This document shows, piece after piece, positions 27,407 to 37,584 of a stretch of 64,000 nucleotides of DNA (position 1 is the stretch's first letter; every line of letters starts with the position of its first letter). Source of the stretch: an uncultured virus (IMG/VR IMGVR_UViG_3300048547_000618). Lineage: Duplodnaviria > Heunggongvirae > Uroviricota > Caudoviricetes. The notes beneath the pieces are model-generated. The model was not told where the DNA came from and searched no databases. It saw nothing but the letters and a program-made list of their open reading frames with translations. The stretch is taken from IMG/VR virus record IMGVR_UViG_3300048547_000618. The stretch is one strand, 5' to 3'. Both the position numbers and the translations under genes were made by a program.

Positions 27407-28599
27407 TTTAATTTTCCGCATACTTTAACACAAGCGTGGCAAGCCGTTTCAGGAGTTTCCCAATGCTCAGGAAGCTTTTCTTTAAACCACGTTGATTCCA
27501 TTATATCATAGATACTACTATAATGTAAATTAAAATCTTTCCAATTGTCAACATATTCTTGCATTAATGGATGTTTGGGATCAGCATGTTTGCCAGTTGA
27601 CGTAATCATATATTGAGTGTCTTGATCTTTTTGGTAGATAGCAGCTCGCTCTAACGATGTTGAAAGATAACAGCATGGCGATACCATACCACTTGCTTGT
27701 ACTTTGATATTATTCTCGCCAACAGCTAAACAATTTATTTCGTATTCTTTCGTTTTTTGTTTGACAGGCTCAACTACCTGTGGTATAATAGGTTTATCCT
27801 CAATAGGTAATAAATTAGATTCATTTGATTTAATATTGGTAACAATATCTTTATGGCGATGATCACGTACTCGACGAGTTCTACGTTCTAATCCTTGTTC
27901 TCTATCTTGTCGTGTAACCTGCTCAAGAATTTCAGTCTCGCCATTCTCGTTTAAAAATTCATATTTAGATCCAGTATGCTGAAAGTTATTTCCTTCTACT
28001 TCATCAAACTTAATTGGCTTTTGTACGCGTTCGTTAACCATATTACGAATATCTTCAAGATAGTCTTGATTGTGTTTAAATAAAACAGTAAGTACTTTGA
28101 TATTTGCATCAGTACCTGAGGTTACTTCTATTGCATCTAATACTTTATTGAGATCGGATCCTCGGCGATAAAAGCTATGCATTTCTTGGTCAATACCGTC
28201 AACATCAAATATAAGTTGAAGTCTTGAACCACCCCAAGCCGCAAGGTTAAACCAAAACTCTTCATCTCTCATGGATCCATTTGTATTTATAGAAATACGG
28301 CAAGTACCTTCTAACGCAAGATACTTAACAATATCCATTAGATCTTTACACATCCCAGGATCGCCGTAAGTTCCTGAAAAATGAATACACCCAATTGATT
28401 GTATAATAGTCGGAGGAAACCATTTCATGAAATCTTTTAGGCTAACAGACGTAAGCGGTAACCACTCCATCTTATTTAAATTATTCCTATGATCTGTCCT
28501 TGAACACTGTGGGCACTTGAGATTACAGTGCGTAGTAAGTTCAACGTCAAACGTTAAGTTATGCCATTGCCATCTCTTATAATTCATCTGACCAATCAA
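27403..28599 (-). CDS. Radical SAM protein with C-terminal SPASM/twitch-like Cys cluster
   Basis: CNLKCPQC; SGTYGDP; C...PCC...CVKVC. Confidence 0.9.
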   Translation of the reverse strand: MIGQMNYKRWQWHNLTFDVELTTHCNLKCPQCSRTDHRNNLNKMEWLPLTSVSLKDFMKWFPPTIIQSIGCIHFSGTYGDPGMCKDLMDIVKYLALEGTCRISINTNGSMRDEEFWFNLAAWGGSRLQLIFDVDGIDQEMHSFYRRGSDLNKVLDAIEVTSGTDANIKVLTVLFKHNQDYLEDIRNMVNERVQKPIKFDEVEGNNFQHTGSKYEFLNENGETEILEQVTRQDREQGLERRTRRVRDHRHKDIVTNIKSNESNLLPIEDKPIIPQVVEPVKQKTKEYEINCLAVGENNIKVQASGMVSPCCYLSTSLERAAIYQKDQDTQYMITSTGKHADPKHPLMQEYVDNWKDFNLHYSSIYDIMESTWFKEKLPEHWETPETACHACVKVCGKLK

Positions 28600-29644
28600 A
28601 TCCTCTTATTTCATTCATAATATTAATTTTATTTTGTAACTCGTTATATTTATGAGGATTAAACTTAGATATTAGTCCGCGATCTATAGAGTCTAACTCT
28701 TCTTGAGTTCTCGTATTAAGACAATCCATCTCAGCTGGCCAACGAACAAAATTGTAATCATTATAATTTTGAATATGCCATTTTGTATACTCAAAATCTT
28801 CGTAAAAGCTTTTAATTTCTTCCATATCTAATATATTAAAATATGATATTGTAGGCGAAACACTAAATCTGATACCAGTTTCTTCATATATTCTTTTAAG
28901 TGTATATAGAGTCTGGTCAAAAGGAGTACTTCGTATCCACTCATATTTTTTACCAATATGATCTAAGCTAGCAGTTAAGCTTAAGTTTTTAATTCTTTTT
29001 AGTACTTTTATAAATCTATTAGAAATAATAGACGCGTTTGATAATATCCAAACCTGGCAATCTGGATTTACTTCTACTAATTTTTCCAAAATTTTTGCGT
29101 TTCTAATATCAGCGAAAGGTTCTCCACCTTTTATATTAAGAACTTTTAGCTCAGGTAAAACTTTAATAATTTTATCCATTGCATCATTGGACAAATTAAA
29201 CTGTTTTCGTTTTTGAAATTTATCATTAAACAGTTGTTCTATTGTTTCCCACTTAGAACTAAAATAGCTGTTACACGTAACGCATGTTTGATTGCATATA
29301 TTACTCGTGGTAATTTCTAAAAATTTAATAGATCCATCCATCGCATAGTCTGAATACTCGTATGATTGCTGAAAATGCCGACCTACGTTATTTTCTATTT
29401 GCAGCTTACAATTATGGCATTCTGGTGTGCCTTCAATGTTGTTTTCTTGTAAACTTTTTCTTAAATAGATTAAAAAATCACTATAAAAATATTCATTTAT
29501 AGAATCAGTATGGTCTATATGTATACCATCTAAAACGTTGTGATTATTATTTAACATCTCATAACCGCCCATCATGCAACACGGCTTGATAAACCCCTGC
29601 GAATCTATAACAGCTCCATGATCAGGCCAATAGCACGGTTTCAA
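28577..29644 (-). CDS. Radical SAM protein with N-terminal SPASM/twitch-like Cys cluster
   Basis: C..G..KPCC...CHNC; CNQTCVTC; GGEPF. Confidence 0.9.
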   Translation of the reverse strand: MKPCYWPDHGAVIDSQGFIKPCCMMGGYEMLNNNHNVLDGIHIDHTDSINEYFYSDFLIYLRKSLQENNIEGTPECHNCKLQIENNVGRHFQQSYEYSDYAMDGSIKFLEITTSNICNQTCVTCNSYFSSKWETIEQLFNDKFQKRKQFNLSNDAMDKIIKVLPELKVLNIKGGEPFADIRNAKILEKLVEVNPDCQVWILSNASIISNRFIKVLKRIKNLSLTASLDHIGKKYEWIRSTPFDQTLYTLKRIYEETGIRFSVSPTISYFNILDMEEIKSFYEDFEYTKWHIQNYNDYNFVRWPAEMDCLNTRTQEELDSIDRGLISKFNPHKYNELQNKINIMNEIRGFDWSDEL

Positions 29645-30741
29645 CTCAACAATCCTATAACTTTATTAATTTCAGCCACGTGATTAGACTTGTTGGTTTT
29701 ATTTAAAAGTTCTTTCATTTTATTTAATGCAGATCGTTTAACCTCATCGGACATGGTTTCAATTCTCCAATCCTTTGTATGCTCTCTCCATTCTCTAACA
29801 TAGACATTAATAAATGTATTAAAACCATTTTCAATAGCATACTCAAAAAATTTATCCATATTTTCGGCATTTACTGACATAAATGTCGCGTTAATTGTTA
29901 CATTTTCAGTACCAATTGCTTCTTTAAATTTTTGAATATTATCATATGTATTTTTGTAGTTTGCGCCAATTCTAATTTGCTTATATTCTTCTTCTATAAC
30001 GGTATCACAAGAGATAGTTACTTTTAAATTATTATTTTCACATATGCTTTTTACTTGCTTATTGAATATTGTGCCATTAGTACAAACCCTTAATACAACA
30101 GATGGGTTAATTTCTGAAATAACTTTTGCTAATTTAAACATACCTTTATGGGCGAAAGGCTCTCCACCAACAAATCTAATTTCTTCAAGATGAGGGATAA
30201 ATTCTTTTAGTTGCTCAATTAACTCATTCATATTTTCTTCTTTATCAAACTCATTTGTTTGGCGATAGTATGGATGTTTAGAAACTAAATGCTTATCTCT
30301 TCCCATTCTCAATTTTGATGATAATCCTGCATGGCACATCTCACATTCTAAATTGCACAAATCTGATATTTCAAATTCAATAATTTTAGGATAATTACCA
30401 GAATTCATTGCGTATTCTAATCTATCATCTCCCATATTGTAATCATATTCAACAATGGCAGGATGAGAGTCTGCTTCAATTCTCTGCAAACAAATTTGAC
30501 ATCCTTCATGTAGTTCTTGATTTAAAAATGCATCTTGGTATTCTACGTTTAATCCATTAAACCAATATTCCTTTAAACTACCGTCATGCAACCAATTATG
30601 TCTTTTGTTATTAAAACAACACGGATGCACTGAAGCGTCTTTTGAAATTCTCATATGATTGAATGCAGCATAACAACCAATCATTTTATGTTCTTCAGGT
30701 ATTCTTCGTCTCGCCTGAAACTTATCCCAATTTTTAATCAT
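29641..30741 (-). CDS. Radical SAM protein with N-terminal Cys cluster
   Basis: HPCC...CQIC; CNLECEMC; GGEPF; TNGT. Confidence 0.9.
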   Translation of the reverse strand: MIKNWDKFQARRRIPEEHKMIGCYAAFNHMRISKDASVHPCCFNNKRHNWLHDGSLKEYWFNGLNVEYQDAFLNQELHEGCQICLQRIEADSHPAIVEYDYNMGDDRLEYAMNSGNYPKIIEFEISDLCNLECEMCHAGLSSKLRMGRDKHLVSKHPYYRQTNEFDKEENMNELIEQLKEFIPHLEEIRFVGGEPFAHKGMFKLAKVISEINPSVVLRVCTNGTIFNKQVKSICENNNLKVTISCDTVIEEEYKQIRIGANYKNTYDNIQKFKEAIGTENVTINATFMSVNAENMDKFFEYAIENGFNTFINVYVREWREHTKDWRIETMSDEVKRSALNKMKELLNKTNKSNHVAEINKVIGLLS

Positions 30742-31904
30742 TTTAATCTTTCAATATATTGTTTAAACATAGTCAAGTTTTTATTCGACAAGTAATCATT
30801 TTTCTTATTCATATAAATTTCAGCATTTCCTAAATAACTTTTAAGTTCTTGTATATATTCTTTTGATTGAAGTTCAACCGATTGAGGATAAACAATATCT
30901 CTAAACTTTTTTTCGTTCATCATCGGAACAATAAGATGATAAGAAAATTCAATTTGTTTTTCGTTACACCATGAAATAATATTAGGCAATTCCCTAACGT
31001 TCATCTTACTTATCACAAAGGAACAACCGATGTAGGCTTGGGTTTGTCTAAGTGTTTCGATATTATTTAAAACGTTTTCTAAATTACCGTTAATTCTTAA
31101 TTGAGGATATGTTTCTGGATCTAATGAGTCTAATGATACTGTAAATCTTACATTATTTCTTTGAGCTATTTTGCGAACGGCGCCATTCATAATACTACCA
31201 TTAGTTGTAAAATGAACGCCTAAATTTTCAGGCTGTTCTTCATCAATCATTTTAAGAATATCATATACAACCCTTTGTGCAAATGGCTCGCCACCTGTAA
31301 AGTTAAGCCTATAAATGTTATGAATAATACTTCTTAAATCTTCAATAAAAGCTTCTTTAATTTCTGTATCGTCAAAAACGCTTTTAAATCTTGGATCATC
31401 CTGTAATCCCATTGCTTCCATATGTTGAGATGAATGAAAAGGACTGCAAAATGCACAATGATAATTGCAACTATTTGAAAGTTCTAATTCTATTTCTCGT
31501 GGATATTCGTGAGAAATACTTCTTTCGCCGCCAACCCAATCAAAATCTAAGCTACTAGGAGGCTTATCTTGTTTACATTGGTTTATACAATAAAGACAAA
31601 AATCATGTAGGCTACCTTCCATAGATTCTAATCTCATAGCTTCAAAAGGTTTGCCATTCCATATATCAAGCAAGCTTTTTTCAGGTGACCAAGTTTCAAT
31701 TGCGATATTTTCACCTCTGTATGTCGTTCCGTCTTCACGAGTAAAATATCTATCACTTCCTTTTTTCATTTGAAAAGGACACGATCGAACATCCCCTTTT
31801 TTATTAATATGCATAGCTTGAAATGGAGACCAGCAAGTTATAGGCTTATACATATCTGGAAAGTTATCAGATCTATACTTATTTACAACATCTACGTATT
31901 TCAT
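30738..31904 (-). CDS. Radical SAM protein with N-terminal Cys cluster
   Basis: GDVRSC...CLYC; CNYHCAFC; GGEPF; TTNGS. Confidence 0.9.
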   Translation of the reverse strand: MKYVDVVNKYRSDNFPDMYKPITCWSPFQAMHINKKGDVRSCPFQMKKGSDRYFTREDGTTYRGENIAIETWSPEKSLLDIWNGKPFEAMRLESMEGSLHDFCLYCINQCKQDKPPSSLDFDWVGGERSISHEYPREIELELSNSCNYHCAFCSPFHSSQHMEAMGLQDDPRFKSVFDDTEIKEAFIEDLRSIIHNIYRLNFTGGEPFAQRVVYDILKMIDEEQPENLGVHFTTNGSIMNGAVRKIAQRNNVRFTVSLDSLDPETYPQLRINGNLENVLNNIETLRQTQAYIGCSFVISKMNVRELPNIISWCNEKQIEFSYHLIVPMMNEKKFRDIVYPQSVELQSKEYIQELKSYLGNAEIYMNKKNDYLSNKNLTMFKQYIERLK

Positions 31905-33100
31905 TTTCTATATTCCTGTAAGTAAGGAGCCAATTCCCAAATGTCTTCGTTATTTTCTCGCGCCACATGACAATAGTCAATCCACTTTACCATGCGTTCC
32001 TGCCACCTTGGTTTTTCATCTGCCTCAAAATCTGGCTTAACACTAAGCATATTGTTAATACCGCTTACCAATAGCTTATCACTATGATATAAAGAATCAT
32101 TTGATTTTGTATATTTACTGTCCAAATATTCAAAGAATTTGTTTAAGCCTTCTTCAATATGATGATTATACAAATATAAAGGAGAGCAATACTTTGGAAA
32201 CGTTACCATATTTGCCATACTAATTCTATCAACACCATCTACGTCTCTCCAATAATCAATAAGTTCAGGTAAGTGCATCCAATTATATACTGAAACGGTT
32301 GATACGATTACCACTTTGCGACCTGAATGCGCGTGATATCTTTTAATATTATTAGCGGTCTTAGCAAAATTACCACCACGAATCCAATCGTATATTTCTC
32401 CAACACCGTCTATACTTGCTTGTATATGAACCTCATTAATGCGATGTAATAATTCAATGACTGTGTTTGTTACTAATTGCATATTAGTACAAATCTCAAC
32501 GCGGCAATTTGGATTTGTGTCTGCAAGCTTTCTTAATATTTTTATATTGTTCTGATCTGCAAAAGGTTCGCCACCTTTAATAGTTAAGTGTTGCAACCCA
32601 GGAACAATTTCAAGTACTTTGTCAACATCAGCCGTTGTCATCTTATATGTTTCAGTATGGAATTTATGGTTTTCGTTTCTCCAATCTAAACCATAATCAA
32701 CTGCCATCTGTTCGTATGGCGCCCACTTTGAAGAATACTTACCTGAGCAAGTAACGCACATTTGGTTACAGATATTACTTGTTGTAATTTCAAGAAAACG
32801 AATTGGTATTACGTCAGACGCAAGATCTTCTTCATATGTTGGAAAATTAAAACGATTATAGGAATCAAATCGCGCAATACGACCTGCGTTATAATGACGC
32901 CAGCATACATCACATTGTTTTGGAAAGTTTTGTTCTTTGAAATCTTTTCTTAACTTATCATATATTGGACCATTAAAAAAGTCTGATAAGTTATCAATAT
33001 CTTTAATGTGAGAAACCGCAACATTATCACCGGCACAGCATAAAACCATTTCGCCTATTGGATTAATTGTAATGCCCGTTTCAGGAACCATGCATTTCAT
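31901..33100 (-). CDS. Radical SAM protein with N-terminal Cys cluster
   Basis: VLCC...CDVC; CNQMCVTC; GGEPF. Confidence 0.9.
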   Translation of the reverse strand: MKCMVPETGITINPIGEMVLCCAGDNVAVSHIKDIDNLSDFFNGPIYDKLRKDFKEQNFPKQCDVCWRHYNAGRIARFDSYNRFNFPTYEEDLASDVIPIRFLEITTSNICNQMCVTCSGKYSSKWAPYEQMAVDYGLDWRNENHKFHTETYKMTTADVDKVLEIVPGLQHLTIKGGEPFADQNNIKILRKLADTNPNCRVEICTNMQLVTNTVIELLHRINEVHIQASIDGVGEIYDWIRGGNFAKTANNIKRYHAHSGRKVVIVSTVSVYNWMHLPELIDYWRDVDGVDRISMANMVTFPKYCSPLYLYNHHIEEGLNKFFEYLDSKYTKSNDSLYHSDKLLVSGINNMLSVKPDFEADEKPRWQERMVKWIDYCHVARENNEDIWELAPYLQEYRK

Positions 33101-33765
33101 TATTCGTTTGTCTCAATCAACTCGTCTAATATTGCAATTCCTTGTGTAATACGTTTTACTCTACGGATCTTTGATTTAACTTCCTTTGGAGCTGATTTTA
33201 CAAATTCTTGCTCCAAAGCCCAAAGTTTGAATTTAAATAGTTCGTCGCCTTGTTCGTTATGATTCATAACAATTTCAAGTAAGGCATTATCAACATGAAA
33301 CTCTGTTTTTTTAATTTTGCTTTCAGTGTATGCTAACTCTTCCTGCTGCTCGTCAATCTTTTCATCACTCTTTTTGATAAGGGTTCTTTTTTCTTCAAGC
33401 CAGCCGTGGTGTCGCTCAATATCGTTTTTAACTTTATCTCGTTCTTTTTCTAACGTATCTCGTTCTCTTTTAAGATTGTTTAAACCAATCATTTCACGAG
33501 CAATTGCGCTCGCTCTTTGTTGAACTGCATTATTGAAAGTAGCTGCGTGTTGTCTTTTAAATTCTGCGGTTGCATCTAATAATTCTTTATCACCCCAACC
33601 ATCAGCTTGTAATTCTTGAAAATCCTTAGATTTAGGATCTGCTTCAATAATATGTTTATAAAGTTTAGTGTCTTCAGGATCGTCGGATTTAAAGAGTATT
33701 TCTATTGTATCGTATTTTTCGTTAATGTAGTGCGCATCTTCAATGCGGCCTGAAAAAATTGCCAT
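33100..33765 (-). CDS. Hypothetical coiled-coil protein
   Basis: 221 aa, coupled to the first radical SAM gene. Confidence 0.7.
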   Translation of the reverse strand: MAIFSGRIEDAHYINEKYDTIEILFKSDDPEDTKLYKHIIEADPKSKDFQELQADGWGDKELLDATAEFKRQHAATFNNAVQQRASAIAREMIGLNNLKRERDTLEKERDKVKNDIERHHGWLEEKRTLIKKSDEKIDEQQEELAYTESKIKKTEFHVDNALLEIVMNHNEQGDELFKFKLWALEQEFVKSAPKEVKSKIRRVKRITQGIAILDELIETNE

Positions 33766-33779
33766 TGTATAATCACCTT

Positions 33780-34727
33780 TTAGTATGTTGTAAGTTTTAA
33801 ATAATATGTAGTTAAAGCTGTAGGCTCGCCGTTTGGAAATTCCTGAGCATAGTAGTAATTTGTATCTGGATCAACGTCACCCTCTGTATAACCTTCTGCC
33901 GAAGTTCCATCCAAAACGGTATCAATCATGCCAGTACCTTTTGTTGTACCTGATCCATTAATACTATAAGAAAGTCTAGCGCCTACTGTATTTGAAGCCG
34001 CATACCTAACATAATCACCAAATAATGCAGAAATATCAGAGTCGCTATATACTCTTAAGCTACCATCTGTGTCAATATACATAAGATCTACCCAACCTGT
34101 TTCTCCATATTGAGTGTCACCTGCATCTCTTTGAAATAAGTAATATGAATTTACTGTTTCAGGCTGATCTAAAGTCTCGCCTGTAATACCAACATCATCA
34201 TATAAAGTTTCATCAGCACGAGTATCAACAAATATTGGAGTAGCTGAAACTCTTGTTGCACCGGTAATAGTAGACAAAGTTGAAACGAAATATTCGCCTG
34301 CACTATTATTTGCAACAATTTCGTCCAAGGCAGGCTTAATGAACGTATCAATAAAATCAGTTTCAGTCATAGCTTGTATTTCGCCGGCATTATTATAATA
34401 CACAGGAAACGATCTTGGATTAGAAGAAGCAGCGGGTTGGGTAACTGAAGCGGCGGTTTCTGTAATATTTGAAGCGGTTGTTTCTATAGCCTCAATATCA
34501 GGTGTTTGTCCTGCTGGAAGATATGCTCCATCGCCGACTGAAACCGCGCCTGCTTTGTATCTCGTATCAGTCATTTCAAATTTTGCATCGCCGCCTGATG
34601 AAACAACTGTAAGCGTAACACCTGGGTTTTGGCCATATGCTCGCACAACTTGATCCACGACTGTGTCAAGATTAGTCGCGGTTAATATTTCTCCGCCACT
34701 GTAATATAATGGTGATCTAGCCGCCAT
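33780..34727 (-). CDS. Putative virion structural protein (paralog B2)
   Basis: Thr/Ser/Gly/Tyr-rich; shares many motifs with 34946-35920 (e.g. YYAQEFPNG). Confidence 0.55.
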   Translation of the reverse strand: MAARSPLYYSGGEILTATNLDTVVDQVVRAYGQNPGVTLTVVSSGGDAKFEMTDTRYKAGAVSVGDGAYLPAGQTPDIEAIETTASNITETAASVTQPAASSNPRSFPVYYNNAGEIQAMTETDFIDTFIKPALDEIVANNSAGEYFVSTLSTITGATRVSATPIFVDTRADETLYDDVGITGETLDQPETVNSYYLFQRDAGDTQYGETGWVDLMYIDTDGSLRVYSDSDISALFGDYVRYAASNTVGARLSYSINGSGTTKGTGMIDTVLDGTSAEGYTEGDVDPDTNYYYAQEFPNGEPTALTTYYLKLTTY

Positions 34728-34736
34728 GATTTTTCC

Positions 34737-34922
34737 TTACGCGGATTGTCCGCCATAAATTGTTTTTACAGCCGTACCTGTTGCATCTTTAATAACGAGC
34801 TTATTATCAACAGCTACTATTGCATTATTAATTGCTGTTTGTGTTGTATCATCTGTTCCAGTTATACCGTTGAGCGCTTTAAGGTCGGTGATAACCGTGT
34901 CAGTTCCTACTTTAATTGCCAT
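34737..34922 (-). CDS. Small putative virion protein (paralog A2)
   Basis: Paralog of 35933-36121 (ITGTD..AINNAI..GTAVKT). Confidence 0.6.
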   Translation of the reverse strand: MAIKVGTDTVITDLKALNGITGTDDTTQTAINNAIVAVDNKLVIKDATGTAVKTIYGGQSA

Positions 34923-34945
34923 GTTTTTCTCCTATCAGATATTTA

Positions 34946-35920
34946 TCAATCCGCGGTTATTCTTAAATAATATGTTATTCTTGTTGCTGGTGTACCATTC
35001 GGAAATTCCTGAGCATAATATGTAGTTGTGGCCGAGTCAAACCTTGTAGTGTAACCTTGAGCCGATGTACCAGACAAATATGTATCAGCCATACCAGTAC
35101 CACAGTTGTTTCCGCCGCCGTTAATATTATAGCGTATTCTATAAGGAGTAACAGAAGATGCTACATATTTTAAATGATCTCTTAACATATTTCGCCAGGC
35201 AGTTGTACTATATTGTCTCATTTCACCACTACTGTTAATATAAAATGGAATTTCAGCTGGTGCTAGTTGCACTTGAACAATTTGATGTAAATAATAATCG
35301 TTGATGTCAACAGGCTGGTCGTTATTTTCTGCAATACCTGCAGCCGTGTAGCTTGCAGCATTTGCACGGGTATCCGTAAATACAGGAGTAGCTGAAACCA
35401 ATTGCGCCCCTGTGATGGAACTTAAGGTACTAATAATATAAGTACCAGTTCTATCGGCGTCGGCCCCAGATCCGCCAGCAGTCATTCTAGTAATTGTTGG
35501 ATATATGTATGTGTCATAAAAGTCAGCTTTGGTCATATTCTGCAAATTACCTGATGCGGTAACATATGCAGGAAACGCGTAGTTTTCATCGGTGTATGTT
35601 GGCTCACTAGTCACATTAACGGTTTGGGAAATAGTTGCAGCTGTAGTATCAACATTGCTAATATCATCAGTAACTGCTTCTGTTGGAAATGTTTGTCCTG
35701 CTCCAGAATTAGATCCAGCATCACCCGCTTGCTTTCTTCTGTCAGTCATATTTCCAAGATTACCGCCAGATGAAACAACAGATAATTCTACAGCTGTACT
35801 AGTAGTATAACGATATGCCGCATAATTATAAACGCTTTCCATTTGAACGGAATTAGCAGAGTATACATATGTGATAAAAGTATTGGACGTGTCTAAATAC
35901 GCCGGTGCCCTAACTGTCAT
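34946..35920 (-). CDS. Putative virion structural protein (paralog B1)
   Basis: Paralog of 33780-34727. Confidence 0.55.
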   Translation of the reverse strand: MTVRAPAYLDTSNTFITYVYSANSVQMESVYNYAAYRYTTSTAVELSVVSSGGNLGNMTDRRKQAGDAGSNSGAGQTFPTEAVTDDISNVDTTAATISQTVNVTSEPTYTDENYAFPAYVTASGNLQNMTKADFYDTYIYPTITRMTAGGSGADADRTGTYIISTLSSITGAQLVSATPVFTDTRANAASYTAAGIAENNDQPVDINDYYLHQIVQVQLAPAEIPFYINSSGEMRQYSTTAWRNMLRDHLKYVASSVTPYRIRYNINGGGNNCGTGMADTYLSGTSAQGYTTRFDSATTTYYAQEFPNGTPATRITYYLRITAD

Positions 35921-35932
35921 GTTAAAAACCTT

Positions 35933-36121
35933 TTAGTTTTGAGCGCAGAATAAAGTTTTAACTTCAGTACCCGCAGCGTTATAAATTCTTAGAACATTGT
36001 TTTGGTTTTTAATAGCAGTATTGATTGCAGCATCAGAAACTGAGTCCGTTCCTGAAATATTTGCTAGCTCGCCAGCATTTGTAATGCGAGTTGTACCGTC
36101 TGTTTGTAATGCCATTTTCAT
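35933..36121 (-). CDS. Small putative virion protein (paralog A1)
   Basis: ISGTD..AINTAI..GTEVKT; RBS AGGAGGAG. Confidence 0.6.
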   Translation of the reverse strand: MKMALQTDGTTRITNAGELANISGTDSVSDAAINTAIKNQNNVLRIYNAAGTEVKTLFCAQN

Positions 36122-36154
36122 CTCCTCCTATAATTCGACTAGGCTACGTTTTAT

Positions 36155-36358
36155 TTATCCGCGATCATACCTTCGTAATCGCTCTTCTTTGCTCATACGT
36201 TTTCCGTAACCCAACGACTTCATTACTTCCATACGTTGGTCATCTGTATAATCGTTCCAGCGATTTATTTGCTTTTGCGTTCTTTTACAACCAATGCAAA
36301 CACCAGTAAAAGCGTCAACTTGGCATACTGATACACAGGGTGTTATATACAAAAACAA
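36155..36358 (-). CDS. DUF1289-family Cys-rich protein
   Basis: TPCVSVC...CIGCKRT..I..W. Confidence 0.8.
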   Translation of the reverse strand: MFLYITPCVSVCQVDAFTGVCIGCKRTQKQINRWNDYTDDQRMEVMKSLGYGKRMSKEERLRRYDRG

Positions 36359-36371
36359 ACCTCCTTTTCTT

Positions 36372-36383
36372 TATTTATAAATA
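36372..36383. promoter_or_regulatory. Overlapping divergent T4-type late promoters
   Basis: TATTTATAAATA holds TATAAATA on both strands between divergent genes. Confidence 0.7.
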
Positions 36384-36432
36384 AAAACGTGAGTTATTTG
36401 TCATGCAATTCAAAATTTTATAGGAGAATGAA

Positions 36433-36783
36433 ATGGCAGGTAAGAAAAAAGCAGCTGCGCCATCTAAATATGATCCAAAAGCAGCGGATTATAATGGCGA
36501 TGGAGTGATCACTAATGAAGAACTCGATATGCAGCGTAAAATGCTAGAAATGGAAGATGCCGATGCACAACGCGATGCCATACGTAAAATGGCGTGGTTT
36601 GCTCTATTCGGTCTTTTACTTTATCCAATTGGGATAATGTTAACATCCTGGTTAGGATTAGATACTGCTGCACAATTAATTGCAGATATTGCCCCAACAT
36701 ATTTTGCTTCAATTGCAGTCTTAGTTTCAGCCTTCTTTGGTGCTGATGCATTGAAAGGCCGCGGCGGAAGTAGCGACGACTAA
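36433..36783 (+). CDS. Two-TM membrane protein with EF-hand-like loop (holin-like?)
   Basis: DYNGDGVITNEE followed by two TM helices. Confidence 0.55.
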   Translation: MAGKKKAAAPSKYDPKAADYNGDGVITNEELDMQRKMLEMEDADAQRDAIRKMAWFALFGLLLYPIGIMLTSWLGLDTAAQLIADIAPTYFASIAVLVSAFFGADALKGRGGSSDD

Positions 36784-37557
36784 TTATTTAAACTTTTTGA
36801 CAGAACGAAAATTTTTACGATAGCCAGCGCGAAACATACTCTGTAATGCAGTAATGTTGCGGTGGCGTTTTTTACTAAACTCGTCGCCTGGGATCATGCT
36901 AATAATTTCATGGTTCCAGGCTTCTCTTTTAAATGGAAATAATTGTAAAAGTGGAGTACCTTGTGGTACAAATACACCTTCTTTAGAAAAATTTGTAAAT
37001 ATAAATGGAAAATTAATTTCTAATGTATATTTGTCTGAGTCTATAATACCAGTCATAAATTCTATTCCTAGATCTTTTAAATGATCGTTATTGTGATGGC
37101 TATTAACCAAGATACTATATCCAGGTGGTGTTTCAATACAAAACCAAGTAATAAGTTTTAGAGCAACTGCGTCTGGTGGTGTTTTATCAAATAATGAGTG
37201 TTTTCCTAATTGCCATGTACCATGAAAATTAATAAAATCATGTGTTGACATACCGCTTTTAGCCCATTCACAACCAAAATGAACGTCACCATCTTCTTTC
37301 CAAGCTCTTATGTTCATATCTACTGGAGATTTTACAACATATCCTCCAGTCATTGCATCAAGAACAGGCATACATGTTTTAATTGTAGAATCTTTATTTG
37401 GATCTTGGCCTTTTGGTAGCTTTCCTGCTGGGCAACCTTTTGGTGTCTTTACAAACCATTCCGGAATACTACGATCAGCCGGTACAGGGTGATATGGCTT
37501 TATATTCATATCATCCGGTATATGAAATTTAATTACTGGATTCTTTTTCCAAAACAT
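36784..37557 (-). CDS. Hypothetical protein
   Basis: 257 aa; TIKTCMPVLDAMTGGY, TPPGYS, GIIDSD and GTPLLQ (dUTPase-like beta motifs, weak). Confidence 0.65.
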   Translation of the reverse strand: MFWKKNPVIKFHIPDDMNIKPYHPVPADRSIPEWFVKTPKGCPAGKLPKGQDPNKDSTIKTCMPVLDAMTGGYVVKSPVDMNIRAWKEDGDVHFGCEWAKSGMSTHDFINFHGTWQLGKHSLFDKTPPDAVALKLITWFCIETPPGYSILVNSHHNNDHLKDLGIEFMTGIIDSDKYTLEINFPFIFTNFSKEGVFVPQGTPLLQLFPFKREAWNHEIISMIPGDEFSKKRHRNITALQSMFRAGYRKNFRSVKKFK

Positions 37558-37584
37558 AATATTTTATCCTTGTATAGTTTTCGA

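Larger units (their letters stand above)
33780..36121 (-). repeat. Diverged tandem duplication of a small+large two-gene module
   Basis: A1-B1-A2-B2 order with protein-level paralogy. Confidence 0.8.

Noticed and set aside
27403..33100. Classical RiPP cluster
   Set aside because: No evident precursor peptide with leader/core, RRE domain, peptidase or exporter adjacent; kept only as a general tailoring-island hypothesis.
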